The translations under genes and the position numbers were made by a program. DNA of 64,000 nucleotides. Source: Lingula anatina (Eukaryota; Animalia; Brachiopoda). The stretch spans positions 992,001 through 1,056,000 of the forward strand of contig CM120641.1 in the NCBI GenBank assembly GCA_051362555.1, read 5' to 3'. Positions 49,518 to 60,608 of this stretch are shown piece after piece (the first letter of the stretch is position 1; each line of letters starts with the position of its first letter). The notes beneath the pieces were generated by a model that had not been told where the DNA came from, searched no databases, and saw only the letters and a list, made by a program, of their open reading frames with translations.

Positions 49518-50230
49518 AATGAAATGAATAAGTCATTACTTCCCCTGGATACTTCAAGCTTCTGAACGACCTTCACTCGATGCTTTACCGTCTTCTCGAA
49601 CTGTTCACTTTCTCCGGTGTGTGGTCGTTTCATTGTCGCATGAATGGTAGGGACAGAATCTACCTTCAACGTCCTTTTTGTCTTTAAACCCAGCGTGTTC
49701 ATAAGCGGGGATGCGAAGCAATCTTCCTCGAAGTGTGCCCCACAAAGAACGGCCTGAGACGATGGTGAGGGTGCATGGAAATTCTTCCTTTTTGTTTGCA
49801 CAAATTTCACCCATTGGTGACGCAAATTAGGTTTTTGTGGAAACCTATGCAAGCTGTGCCCAGTATGCTTCGAGTTTGAGCAGTTTTGGGCAACACACTT
49901 TTTAACCATGATACAATACGGATGCTTTTACAGAGAACAACATCAATCCAAACGCGGCACCTGACTGACATAGAAAGCGGGTCACGTGTATTATATAGGT
50001 CAACCCCAGATCTACCAAATACGTGGCAACCTGTGACAGGCTATTTTGGTCACAGTGACTTGTTTTTATGTAGGTCAGCAAATTCGCTCTAAAAGCGCGC
50101 ATTTTTTAATCGATTTATTCACTAAAACGATGTCAGAAAATTTTGAAAAAAATATTTTTGTGCAGGATTAGTGTTCCTACATCAGGTAATAACAATATTT
50201 TGGGGTGTAAAACGGGCCAATACCTGCTCT
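49518..50230 (-). mobile_element. 5' part of a Kolobok-like DNA transposon with a THAP-domain exon (49909-~49544); probably continues at ~39590-39300 beyond the Gypsy insertion
   Basis: MVKKCVAQNCSN...HRFP...RHQWVKFV...LCGAHFEEDCF...LKVDSVPTI is a THAP zinc finger. The terminus reads TTAA|AGAGCAGG (50234-50223), the TTAA + RR signature of Kolobok. The other end was not found. Confidence 0.7.
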
Positions 50231-50256
50231 TTAATAGGCGATGACGGTAACTAGGG

Positions 50257-52200
50257 TTAATTAGTACCATGATGGGCTCTGTACCTGCACAGAATTTTAT
50301 GATGAGTGTCTATTACAGCTTGACCCCTCTGTTTTAAAAGATCAAATCCGAGTAGCATATCCTGTTCTATGGGTGCCACATACACCTGTTCTAGGTACCA
50401 TTTACTTCCTATTTTCAGTTTCACTGGCCCTGCAGTGAATCCCTCCATGGTCATGTTACGTCCCGCGCATAACATTCTCACATCATTAATTTTTCTTGGA
50501 GGATTCTTCATGCTTCTATATATTCGATCTGACAGTATGGTTACATCTGCTGCAGTATCCACTACAGCTTTAATCTTCTTATCTCCCACTTGCAAATTGA
50601 GCAAAGTGGCGAACCAATATTACATAACACTACCACAGACACGTCATTTTTGACTCCTTTATTTTTCTGCATCATTAACTTCTCATCTCCTTCCATTACT
50701 TTTAATGGAGAGGAATAAATATGTGCTGAGTTCCTCTCTTTAAGAGGCTTAAAACAGGGCTTTTCCCTGACGTCTGGCTCTATTGGATGCAGGGTTGAGG
50801 GTTGGCCTGTGTCCCCGGCCCTCTGCCATTTCCCTGCAGATTAGACGGACAATCACGGGTAAAATGGCCTCCAGCTCCGCAGGAAAATAATTTCCATTCC
50901 TTCTTCCTCTGGGAGTACTATGCCCTCTACCTGCAGAGTTATAGGACGTATTGGGGGTATAATTCCTTTGAATTTCGCGACCCCCACTATTAGTTGGTCT
51001 TTGAGTCATTTGTTGTTTTATCTCTTTAAGTGCCTTTTGCACCTTTTCTAGTTCTTTAAAATTCACCATATCAGAGATGTTACAAGATGACTGTGGCTCG
51101 TCACTGATACTAGGTTGCTGTGTTACACTATTAACCCTTTTGGTCATAGTGCGTCCCTTCTTTGTTTCCATGGTAACCTTTAGTTCCCTGTGCATTTTAG
51201 CTAATTGCATAGCTTCATGCAGGGTTGATGGACTTTGCGTATAAATGTCTTGTCCTGCTTCTGGATCCAAAAATGACATGGCTCTACCAACTGGACAGGA
51301 ACCATTGTTTGCACTACTTACTTTACCATAACAACTTTACATATCTTCTTCACACCCTTTTCCTTCACATAGAATATCCATGGAGGATAGGTCAGTTTCT
51401 TATCTTCTTCAATATCTTGATCTCGCAACAACTTACTCGCTTCTGCTAAATACAGGTTTTGGTTTTCAGTTGTGAAATTACGTGGCACCTTGCCAGAGAA
51501 TGTTGGAGTTTTAAACCTAAACTGCAGTGTTTGGACTAACTGCGGATATTTTATCCCACTCCTTGCCACCTGGAATCTGAAAAAAGTAACACAAATGACA
51601 TGGGTAAACCAGGGTAAGCTTGTGACGCGAGCCTTAGAACGCGCACACCCCATTCATCCACGGATTCCGTTTCACTCTGTAGTGAGTTATGAAGTCGAAT
51701 GCACAGTTACTGGTGTATCTGTTTCCCCATAAGACATCTCCAGTTATTCTCACAGGCCCTTATAAGTTAATATACCTTCACGTTTTGTGACATTCACACA
51801 ACACTCTTGTGCTTTTCCTATGAGACATAAACATAGTCCATCTAAACACATACTAGAATCCCAGCCTTCTCTTTTTGCATGACTCAAAAACACTAATTTA
51901 AAAGCTGCCCAGCTTGTTTTACCATTAAATGTTTAATTTTTTGGTGGGCATACTTTACGCCCGGCTGCTGGAATATTTGGACCTGAGGGTTCATCTATTT
52001 GCATAGGGGATTCCTGTGAATGAAAATATTCCTCCCCTCCAATTGGATTCATGGGTAAAGCAGGTGTATTGGCAATATTTGGGCCTAGATTTGAGTTTGG
52101 GTCAGGAAAACTAAGAAAATTAGGGTCAATTTGTTTCCTTTGAACCTCTGGACTAGCTGGAAAACTAGGAAAATTAGGGTTATTTATTTATGCCAACTGT
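50257..52200 (-). pseudogene. Decayed gag + protease of an older Gypsy related to the intact element
   Basis: KVCPPKN*TFNGKTSWAAFKLVFLSHAKREGWD...YGETDTP, DPEAGQDIYTQSPSTLHEAMQLAKMHRELKVTME and LQVGDKKIKAVVDTAADVTILSDRIY...AGPVKLKIG..WY...YVAPIEQDMLLG are all colinear with the young element. Many stops. Confidence 0.9.
51330..51575 (-). pseudogene. Short DIRS-like RT N-terminal fragment embedded within the old gag
   Basis: LQFRFKTPTFSG...ENQNLYLAEASKLLRDQDIE...WIFYVKEKG resembles DIRS RT (GY.L.F...P......E...LL.KGAIE....S.IF.V.KK.G). It interrupts gag colinearity. Confidence 0.45.
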
Positions 52201-52289
52201 AATATTATAGATACTGTAATATTGTGGGTTGGGGTCTATGGTGTATGCATAATGGTTACTTTTCTACTAACAAAACCCAAACAGACACC

Positions 52290-52800
52290 AGTTACCTGCT
52301 CTAAAATGTCCTCTTTGTCCTTGTTAAGTCTCTGAGGTACATATCTATCCTGCACATGTTTCAAAATGAACAGCATGTCTTCAGGCAAGTTCTCATTCTT
52401 GCACAAAAGGGAACGATGCTGCATCTTCAGAGGTTCTGTGCGTTCAAACAAAATTGACTTCCAAGCTACAGGTGACCTTTGCACATCGGTCGGAAGAGAA
52501 TGTTTAGTTCTTGGGTTTTCTATTATCTTTCTTCCAACAACACGAAGCATGTTCTTTGTTTCTTCTTTACTCTATAGTGCCTGGTCAACCTTTGTCTTAC
52601 ATTTTATGCACACCGTATGTGAGGGGCAATTCTCCTCAGTCAATTCATATTTAAACAATTTAGAGAGTCCGTCGATAAATACCTTACTTTTCGCCTGGCC
52701 TTGTTCTGATTTACTGAATAACTTTAAATAGTGATGGGAATAAACTGATTGGGGTTGACTGCAAAGTAAACACTCCTTCCCTATTACCTTCTTTGTCAGT
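52290..52800 (-). pseudogene. DNA-transposon fragments: ZAD/zf-AD-like CxxC...CxxC and a DUF6589 (Academ-like) transposase piece
   Basis: ECLLCSQ...LF...HTVCIKCKTKV; LLCKNENLPEDMLFILKHVQDRYVP (cf. L.KNENK.EDM.DIL.H.H.YVP). Confidence 0.45.
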
Positions 52801-52939
52801 GTAGTGGTTACTTCATGTCGTATTCGTCTAAAAACTGTAGACTGGTAATCCACTGGTACTTCATCTGCTGCCTGTGAGGTAACCAGGGCTAATCTGTATG
52901 CTAGGCAAGATGCCTTTTCATATCCCATATTAAACCTAG

Positions 52940-53095
52940 GCCAAGTCACATTTTGTGCTGCTTCCCATTGACATTTGTCTTCAGCTATCATGAACCCTAA
53001 ACGTTCTAAATCTGACTTTATCAAATGACTTAACTGAGTTGCTTTTTCAAAATTCTCAGCTCCTGCTATAGCATCATCAAGATACATTGATTGGA
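52940..53095 (-). pseudogene. YR-retrotransposon (DIRS/Ngaro) RT catalytic fragment
   Basis: MYLDDAIAGAENFEKA...IKSDLERLGFMIAEDKCQWEAAQNVTW. Confidence 0.65.
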
Positions 53096-53129
53096 GTTTG
53101 TTGGGGGGTACAGAGAGAAAGGTTATTGG

Positions 53130-54224
53130 GTAATGGAACAATGTGGCTGGGGTTCACCTGTTGCAGCTGAGAGAGCGTGACCAGGTTGGGACGACAGAGA
53201 GCTAAACATATTAGCAAAAATTTGTGCCATCCTCAACTGGTGCTCCCTATCCTCCCTCCTCATCTGCATTTCAATATCTCTTTGTCTCTTTTCTCTGTCC
53301 TCCTCTTCTCTGAGCCTCTTTGTTTCAAATTCAAGGAATTGTCGGTCCTGTTGTTTAAATGTGTCTTTCAGTGGCTGAAGCATTCCCTCATACTCCTTCC
53401 TTTTCTTGTTTGCAGCTGCAAAAATATAAGACAAGGTTTTTAGAAACATTATTAAAAAATTATTACCTTATTATCCAAGGTTTTATTTTAGTGTTGAAAT
53501 AGTGTCTAAAAATGTACAATTTAAAGTATTATTACCCCTTCAAACTGTTGCTGACATGTGGACAAATTATACGAAGGACACTTAAGTTGGATTGTATTAC
53601 TTCGTTTTGATCCTAGCATGTAGCAGCACGCGTCTTTAAATAAATACCTGCATCAAGTTGGTGGTAAAATCTTTATTCCCATTCGTTTCCGACGAAATAT
53701 TATTCCCGTGGAACTAAAATAAACATAAAACATACATGTAGTCCTACGAACACATACGCTGACATGGAAACTTCTTAAACTAACAATAATTCTGAAATTG
53801 AGTGATAAACAACTTGTAAATCGAGACAATAACTTCAAAGTTTTGATTTCTAATAAAAATAATAATATAATGAAAGATTAAATCTTGATTTACCTCGTTT
53901 GGGGCCTAAACCTTCTAAGAGCGTCGGAGGCGTGCCGCCGTCAAGTAAAAGCTAAGTGACACTACGTGGCAGCACTATCGGATCCAATATACAAGAGAAG
54001 CACATGCGTAGTTACTGTTACATAGCATGAAATATCACTTGAAGCAAAACAATTTCACCCCCTTCTCAATATTGGGAGAATAAAAGGCTGCTTACTATTC
54101 TTGACCGTTTTTTTCTCTTTAGGCTTTTTATCTTCATCTCTTGGTGTTTCCTCATCAGACAGACTCTCCTGACTCTGCCGGCTTTCCTGGCTCTCACTGT
54201 CAATTTCTTCATCACTTTCCTTAG
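53130..54224 (-). pseudogene. Two in-phase exons (54224-54096, 53415-~53130) of an acidic/coiled-coil C-terminus, resembling Harbinger Myb/SANT accessory proteins
   Basis: tag|..KESDEEIDSESQESRQ...KPKEKKTVKN|gt joins (phase 1) to cag|TANKKRKEYEGML...FLEFETKRLREEEDREKRQRDIEMQMRREDREHQLRMAQIF. Confidence 0.45.
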
Positions 54225-55825
54225 CTATAAAATAATTATTTCTTAAAAGAAGTTATTTGTTCTAATTTCAATCTTTTAAAACTTAACATTTTATTCTTTT
54301 TAATGAACAATTAAACTTTTATATATAAATAATACACAATAATAATAATAATAATGTAACAGATTTTATTACAGTTCTGTAAAGAAAAACAATGTCAGCC
54401 TACGAGATGTAAAGAGAGAAAGTCTTTTTTATAAATTACAGTTTAATAAGTTTACTAAATAAAACATCAAATTAAACATTAAATTGTTAATAATAACTAA
54501 ATAAGGGTTAAGAAAATAATATATAACTTTATACAAAATGAAAGATAAAAAGAAAATTTTACCTGTAAAGAAAATCAATGTCAGCCCACGAGACGTAAAG
54601 AGAGAAAGTGAGGAAACAGACAAAGGAAATTAGGGGTTAAAGACTATAAACCAATGCAAAGCAACAACGTTATAAAGCCAGAAAACAAGGAATAGGAAAG
54701 AAATCAGGGAAGACTGAAAATAAGGAACGGAAGTATAAAAATGGAATAGACTGAAAATATGATGAAATAAATAACAAAATAAGAAATCAAGTACTACTGC
54801 TACGTCCTCCCCCCTACATAAAAGCTGGCCCTACAGCTGTATAAAAAAAAAAAAGAATACTGACTCAATTCTCCTCCTAAAATTTTCTGTTTCTTAAAGA
54901 TTTTCTGGGCTTGGGTACTGGCTTTGCAAAATCGCGGGCACAGGATCCCGATAGGAAGAGCTGTCTCTGATAGAGCTGTCACTATCTGAATCTGATAGAC
55001 AAGAAGTCTCAGACGGAACAGGAGAAGGATCATTTAGGATTTTTTTCTGTTTTCTTTGGATGCACCCCCTTATCACACCAGATTTGTTGTCTTCCAGGCT
55101 TTCGTAAACCTCTTTTTGAACGCCAAGCTCAATGAATACATTTTGGTGGAAGCATTCTGTCAGACGTGCCTCCGAAGATATTTTTTTGCAGGACATTTTT
55201 ATTTGCTATGTGAGATGTATTACCTGCCTGGAATGCTGCCGTGACTGTCCTCCCCAACCTCTCGTAATAAACGTTTTAGGGAGAGTTCTTCTGGAGATCT
55301 TCAGCTGCCTCTTCCCTTTCAATACCTCTTATAGGCCTCCCCTTTGTTTTCCCTTTATTGTGTTTAATGGCGACATAAGGTGGGATGGTTCGTGTTTTAA
55401 CTTTCACATTCCGCTTTTCTCTGAACTTTTTTATTGTCAGCCCGTATCTGATACACTCCTGAAACATACATATGACATTACCCCTGAAAAAAAGGGGCAA
55501 TTGTGAAGTGAATGTTATCTCCTTTTATTCGATTTCCTTTGAAGACCAGTGGGCAGGTTGAATTAATTATCATAAAAGGAAATACAGGCCCTACATAGGG
55601 CCTATAGGCCAAGCTATTTTATGATTATCATGTAGCAAAAAATATTGAAAAAATATTTGCTCTACATACATAGGGCCCACAAGTTGGCCACAACAATAGA
55701 CCTACTACTAGCTACAGTGGAAAATGAAAACCAGCCTAGCGGCTAGCCGTACATGCACTTTATAGAAATAAAATCTACTACCTATCTAGCCAACAATCAC
55801 ATACTGCAGTAGGTCTATGAATATA

Positions 55826-56377
55826 CCTGTTGGGTGTCATCAGCAGTTCTACGTTTGAAGAGATCGTCAATTCTAGCCGTTTGTTCAATTTCCTTAGTCT
55901 TCTTTTTGTGGTCCTTGCCATCCAAATGACGCACGATATCTCGTTCGCCCATGTGCTCTGTACTGAAGTTTCGGCAACAGACAGTGCATTTCGCTTGATA
56001 ATCCGATACTCTCTCAATGCAAGGGAATTTCTTAGTCCAAGCAGCTTGCCACTTCGTTTATTAATGCTGGCAAATGCGCTTTCGTGGCGGGGTATGAACC
56101 GTTTCATCCCCTTTATCATGATTAATGTCTGAATCGCCACTATCATCGTCATTTAAATCCGCCATGAAAAATCGTGATCCACGTGTAAGCGTCAGTGATT
56201 GTGATTGGCTAATCAGTAACACTAGTCAACACCGCTAAGGATAATAAAACCACGATATAAGCGTAAAAAACTAGGTTTTTGAAAATTTACGACAAAAAAT
56301 TCATTTTGCGTGAGATAGCTTAAGGCTCGCGTGAGTGCGTGAGGCAGTGGCCAAATGCGTGAGACTTGGCAGGTCTG
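55826..56377 (-). mobile_element. 5' end of a hAT (Blackjack-like) transposon with a decayed zinc-finger exon
   Basis: Terminus CAGACCTGCCAA with subterminal CTCACGC repeats. The frame from ATG 56165 reads ...ICQH**TKWQAAWTKKFPCI...AKCTVCCRNFSTEHMGERDIVRHLDGKDH...|gt (BED/TTF-like finger, two stops). Confidence 0.7.
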
Positions 56378-56439
56378 CTGATAGTTCTAAGGTTCTAACA
56401 TATGTTAGTTATCTAGTGTGAGAGCCTGCTCACTGAGAT

Positions 56440-56900
56440 TTCTTTCAACTTATGAGATACATATCCCTGAATAATATGCGACTTAGTCTCTCAGTCCAAG
56501 TTCGCAAAACCACGGTTGGTCCCTAAATGTCTTTACCTGACATGGTACGCATCAATTGTTTCAGTAGCTTCCTGTTTAGTGCTTCAAAATTTGAAAAATT
56601 CAAATTTAGGATTATGATGAGGCCTGCCCAAAAGCAGCTACAGCATCTTCATCTACTTGCAGCTTTTACAACAGAATTTTGCACATTGATAACTTAGTCT
56701 CTCACCTTCTAACCTTTCCTTATTTTGGACCAATGTTCCTTATTATTAACTGCAGTGTCATTGTGTCACAATTCCTTGGTCTCATATAGGAATCATTCTT
56801 CTTCTTTAAGATGTTGTATGGCAAAGTTTTAGTGAAGCGTTTGTTAATAATCTTTGCCAACCTGTGTTGTATTTCTGGTCAGCAGGGTTCTTTTTAGTTC
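56440..56900 (-). pseudogene. DIRS1-like gag (LAP2alpha-like ORF1) fragment
   Basis: LAKIINKRF...LKKKNDSYMRPRNC / VNNKEHWSKIR...RD...VQNSVVKA (cf. LA.IIN.......K...RPENC..L..P.VN.EIW....R..D..L...Q..L.KA). Confidence 0.55.
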
Positions 56901-57644
56901 GTGCTTCCTCGTCGCCAATGTAGACCCTTTTGTGTCTATAAAGGTATTTCAAGTAATTCTTACCTTAATTGCTCTTTTGCATCCTCCGAACAGTAATTTT
57001 CTCTTATTCTTGTCTTCGCACATCCTCTCATCTAGGAATATGGGCTTTCAACTCAGCGCCGGCCCCTTTTTAAACTATGTCATGTGACCTGCCTTTCCAG
57101 ATCGAGATATATACTAACTCACCGGCACTACAATTGGCCTGACATTGGTTTTCATTGGCCCCAGATGAGCGGGCCAGCATTAATGTCAAGTTCTGTACTG
57201 CAGAATCTATACATAGCATGATTCATTCTGATAGAGGCATGAGGGAGACATTCATATTTAAAAAAAAAAATTTTATTCACATCATTTGACAGAATATGTA
57301 TAGCATTAGAAAAAAACAAAAACTAAGATAACATAGATATTTGAAATTTATATTTTAATTGCGCAATGTCACAAAAATATTGCATGGACTTGGAATTTTT
57401 GGCAAGAGTTTAGGACACTGGCATATTTTACTTGCAGGATTTGGGCCATTTGGCAGGAATCCTGCAAGTTCGCCCTCTGGCAGCATCTGTGATGCTGTCT
57501 GTACTAAAAGCATGCACAAGCATATCTCATTAAAGACTGACCAATATGTTTATACGGAATGAAATTCACCTGCCACATGTACTGGGGTATGTGCTGTAAC
57601 TCATTCATGTGCAGGTTTGAACACCATTGCATCACAAGTGTACA

Positions 57645-57813
57645 CAGACCTGTAGCCAGCTATTTCAAAGGGAAAGGGGGTGGGGATCTTTTTCTGAAGA
57701 AAGGGACCTTTTATCACGAAGCCTTTGCGTACCTAGATCAAGTTTTACCCAAAAAGGACCATTATTTGGCAAAAAGGGTGGTTTGAACACTCCCCTCCCT
57801 GGCTTAGGGCCTG
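57645..57813. mobile_element. MITE, same family as 34891-35043
   Basis: TIR CAGACCTGTAGCCAG / CTGGCTTAGGGCCTG and shared internal core. Confidence 0.65.
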
Positions 57814-60608
57814 ATACATCAGTGATTAAAGGACAAACAATTAGTCATTAAGGGAGAAAAGCATTGATGCTCTTTAAACAGTTAGTTACTTAAGAATGCT
57901 CTATTTATTGTGTAAAAAAAACTGACTTAAGAAGAGGTAATACAATGTAGGTTCTTATTTACGTATCTCATTTTGTCACCTATTTCAAAATGACATTGTT
58001 AATGAAAGAAAATAATAAAAGTTGACAAAAGTGAAGACAAAATTGAGTTGTAGATATTTAATTTATTTAAAATGTTATAATCTGACTCCTTTTCATTACT
58101 TGTGCATCTTATATTTACAATCAACAACAAAGATAAATCCAAAGCTATAGACATTCCATGTGAAAAAGCTGCAGGAGTGGAGTATTAACCTTTCATTGAA
58201 GTTTTTGTTGATCTTAATAGCTCTGAGCACCTGTAAATAATTATGTGTTCTTACTTCACATATCATACCATTCTAACAAAACAGAATGAGAACTATAAGA
58301 GAAACCAACACAAGAACCAAGTTTGAAGAATGATTTATTGAATAAGGTTTCCTGCCTGATTGTTTTCCAAGGTTGTCACCACCTGATGTACTGAACTGTG
58401 GTCTATCTGAATATTTAACATAAATCCCATGACTTTGCTCTACTACAATTAACTTCTTCAAATGACTGGATTTCTTGATGGCAATTTAAACTTCATTTGT
58501 CTGCAAAAGAGTCATTTTTGGACTTGTGGTAACAATGCGCAGGTAGCAATCACTGCTTCAAGTATATAAATGACAAATATTTTGAAAAATCAAACACACA
58601 ACCATTGCCATTCATAACCTGAACAAATTAATTGCATGATCAAATAAGTGAAGGGAGAGGAACATTACATGCAAATTTAGAGATTTTATTCTCACTGTAT
58701 GAAATATTGAGAGTACTCTTTCCCGGCATACTAAGGAAAAACAGGCGTGACTAGAAGCATGTAAAAAATGAAGAATTGCAACATACAGAGGATTGGTTCC
58801 AAATCAACACCAGTTATGTGACAACCAAGCTTTATACAATTACAAAGAAAAAAGTATAAAACATTTTTGACCAAGAAAAAAAATGGCACTTTAACGGCTT
58901 GTACATGAAAAACTCGCAATTAACATCAGCCAAAATTGCTTCCCTGGTATGTACATTCCAAAATTGCACAGTGTATAATTTGCAGTTGTCAAAAATAAAA
59001 AAATAAGTGAGAAAATAAATAAAACAGAAAATTGTCATGCTTCTTAAACAGAAATTCCACAAAGATTTTTAGTGGTTATATATATATTGATATTCTAACT
59101 TATTTGTATATGCTTTCTAAAAAACATTGCTTTAACTAACACTCAGAGGCATAGACCTCTGCCAAGACAAGTAATTAATTCCTAATTCGCCATTCATTAA
59201 TTCATAGATCATCGTCAAAATCTTATCAATTTTAAGTTAGCCCATTTCTGAACTATCAGAAGTTGACAGATAAAGAATGTAACAATGTTATTAATTTATG
59301 GATCATCACCAAAATCTTATCAATTTTAATTTAACCCACTTCTGAACTATTGAACTATTGTACAAAATAATAATTTTTTTGTATACCTCGTAGAAAAACA
59401 ATGCCGTGATGCAATTAATTACCTCACACAAAGAAGTTTAATTCTAAATTAATACAAAAAATTTGCCTATGTTTAAGTTCAAAATTTAAGCAATTAATTT
59501 TTGACAATAGTTTCAAGAATGGTCTCACACAATAAATATCAGAAATTGTGAATGATGACATTAAGTAAACATTTGGTTAATGCTGGCATGAAGAAGAGTA
59601 AATGTGTCACTAGTGGAGTGCCTTAGTTACAACTTAAGGTGTACATTTCAAGAATATCTACATGCAAATATTTATTCTATTACTCAAATTAACATGAGTC
59701 TGAAATTATTTTGAGTAATTAGAGATACTTGCTACATGTTAGCTTCAGATTATTGAAAGAATCTGACCTACATATACTACTCTTTACTGAGGAATGACAT
59801 GAATTTTCATACATCAATTCTTGCAGCAGAGAAAAGTGTATAGAGTTAGCTGGAGACATATGTAAATATCTAGTGAAAAATCATTCTGTGGCCCTGGTAC
59901 AGGGTACGTACACCTTTACCACTCTTCGTTACTGTTCAATGAAGAAAGCAAAGGTTTTGCTGGCTGCTATTATAAGGTAATTCACCACTAGACTTTGAAA
60001 TTTAAGGTCCTGACTGGCCACTGTACATAAATATCTATGGATAAAGACTCACTTTACACAACACTAATAAATATAAGATAAATTTGCAGGTTTGGCACTG
60101 GGCAAACAATTCAGTCAATTCAAATTTAAAGTCCAAGACAAAACAAGAGCACAAGCATAACTACCTCACAAGAGAAATGTGATGAATTTTTAGTACTTAT
60201 TTCTATTCTCTATGAAAGTATTTATATTAATGGATAGCTTTGCTGCTTATAAGATCCAATAAATGTTGTTCACTTACTCACATATATAGTTCTGAGATTA
60301 CAGTATGTCCTATCCCTCTCCCGACTGACCTTGACCTTGTGGGGTCACTGAGTCTAGTACCAATGTGAACCTAATAGTTTTATCATCAGTATATTGTATT
60401 CAAAATAAAAATAATATATATGGTGGCAAAAACTGTTGGCCTCTGAAGTGTTTTGATGTTGCACATTTCACCTTCTCTGAACACACCACTGAGGATCGAT
60501 AATTATCTGTCGTAAATTTAGATTAAAAATATGGCTCTATAAAAATTTAAGATTTTGTGGATGTCATTGCAGTTCAGCAGCTCTTACTACTCAATGAAAT
60601 TGTCATAA

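Noticed and set aside
39225-49909. Domesticated chimeric THAP-ORF3 gene spliced across the Gypsy
   Set aside because: The THAP donor appears mutated, the 39388 exon hits a stop, and the ORF3 remnant is frameshifted.
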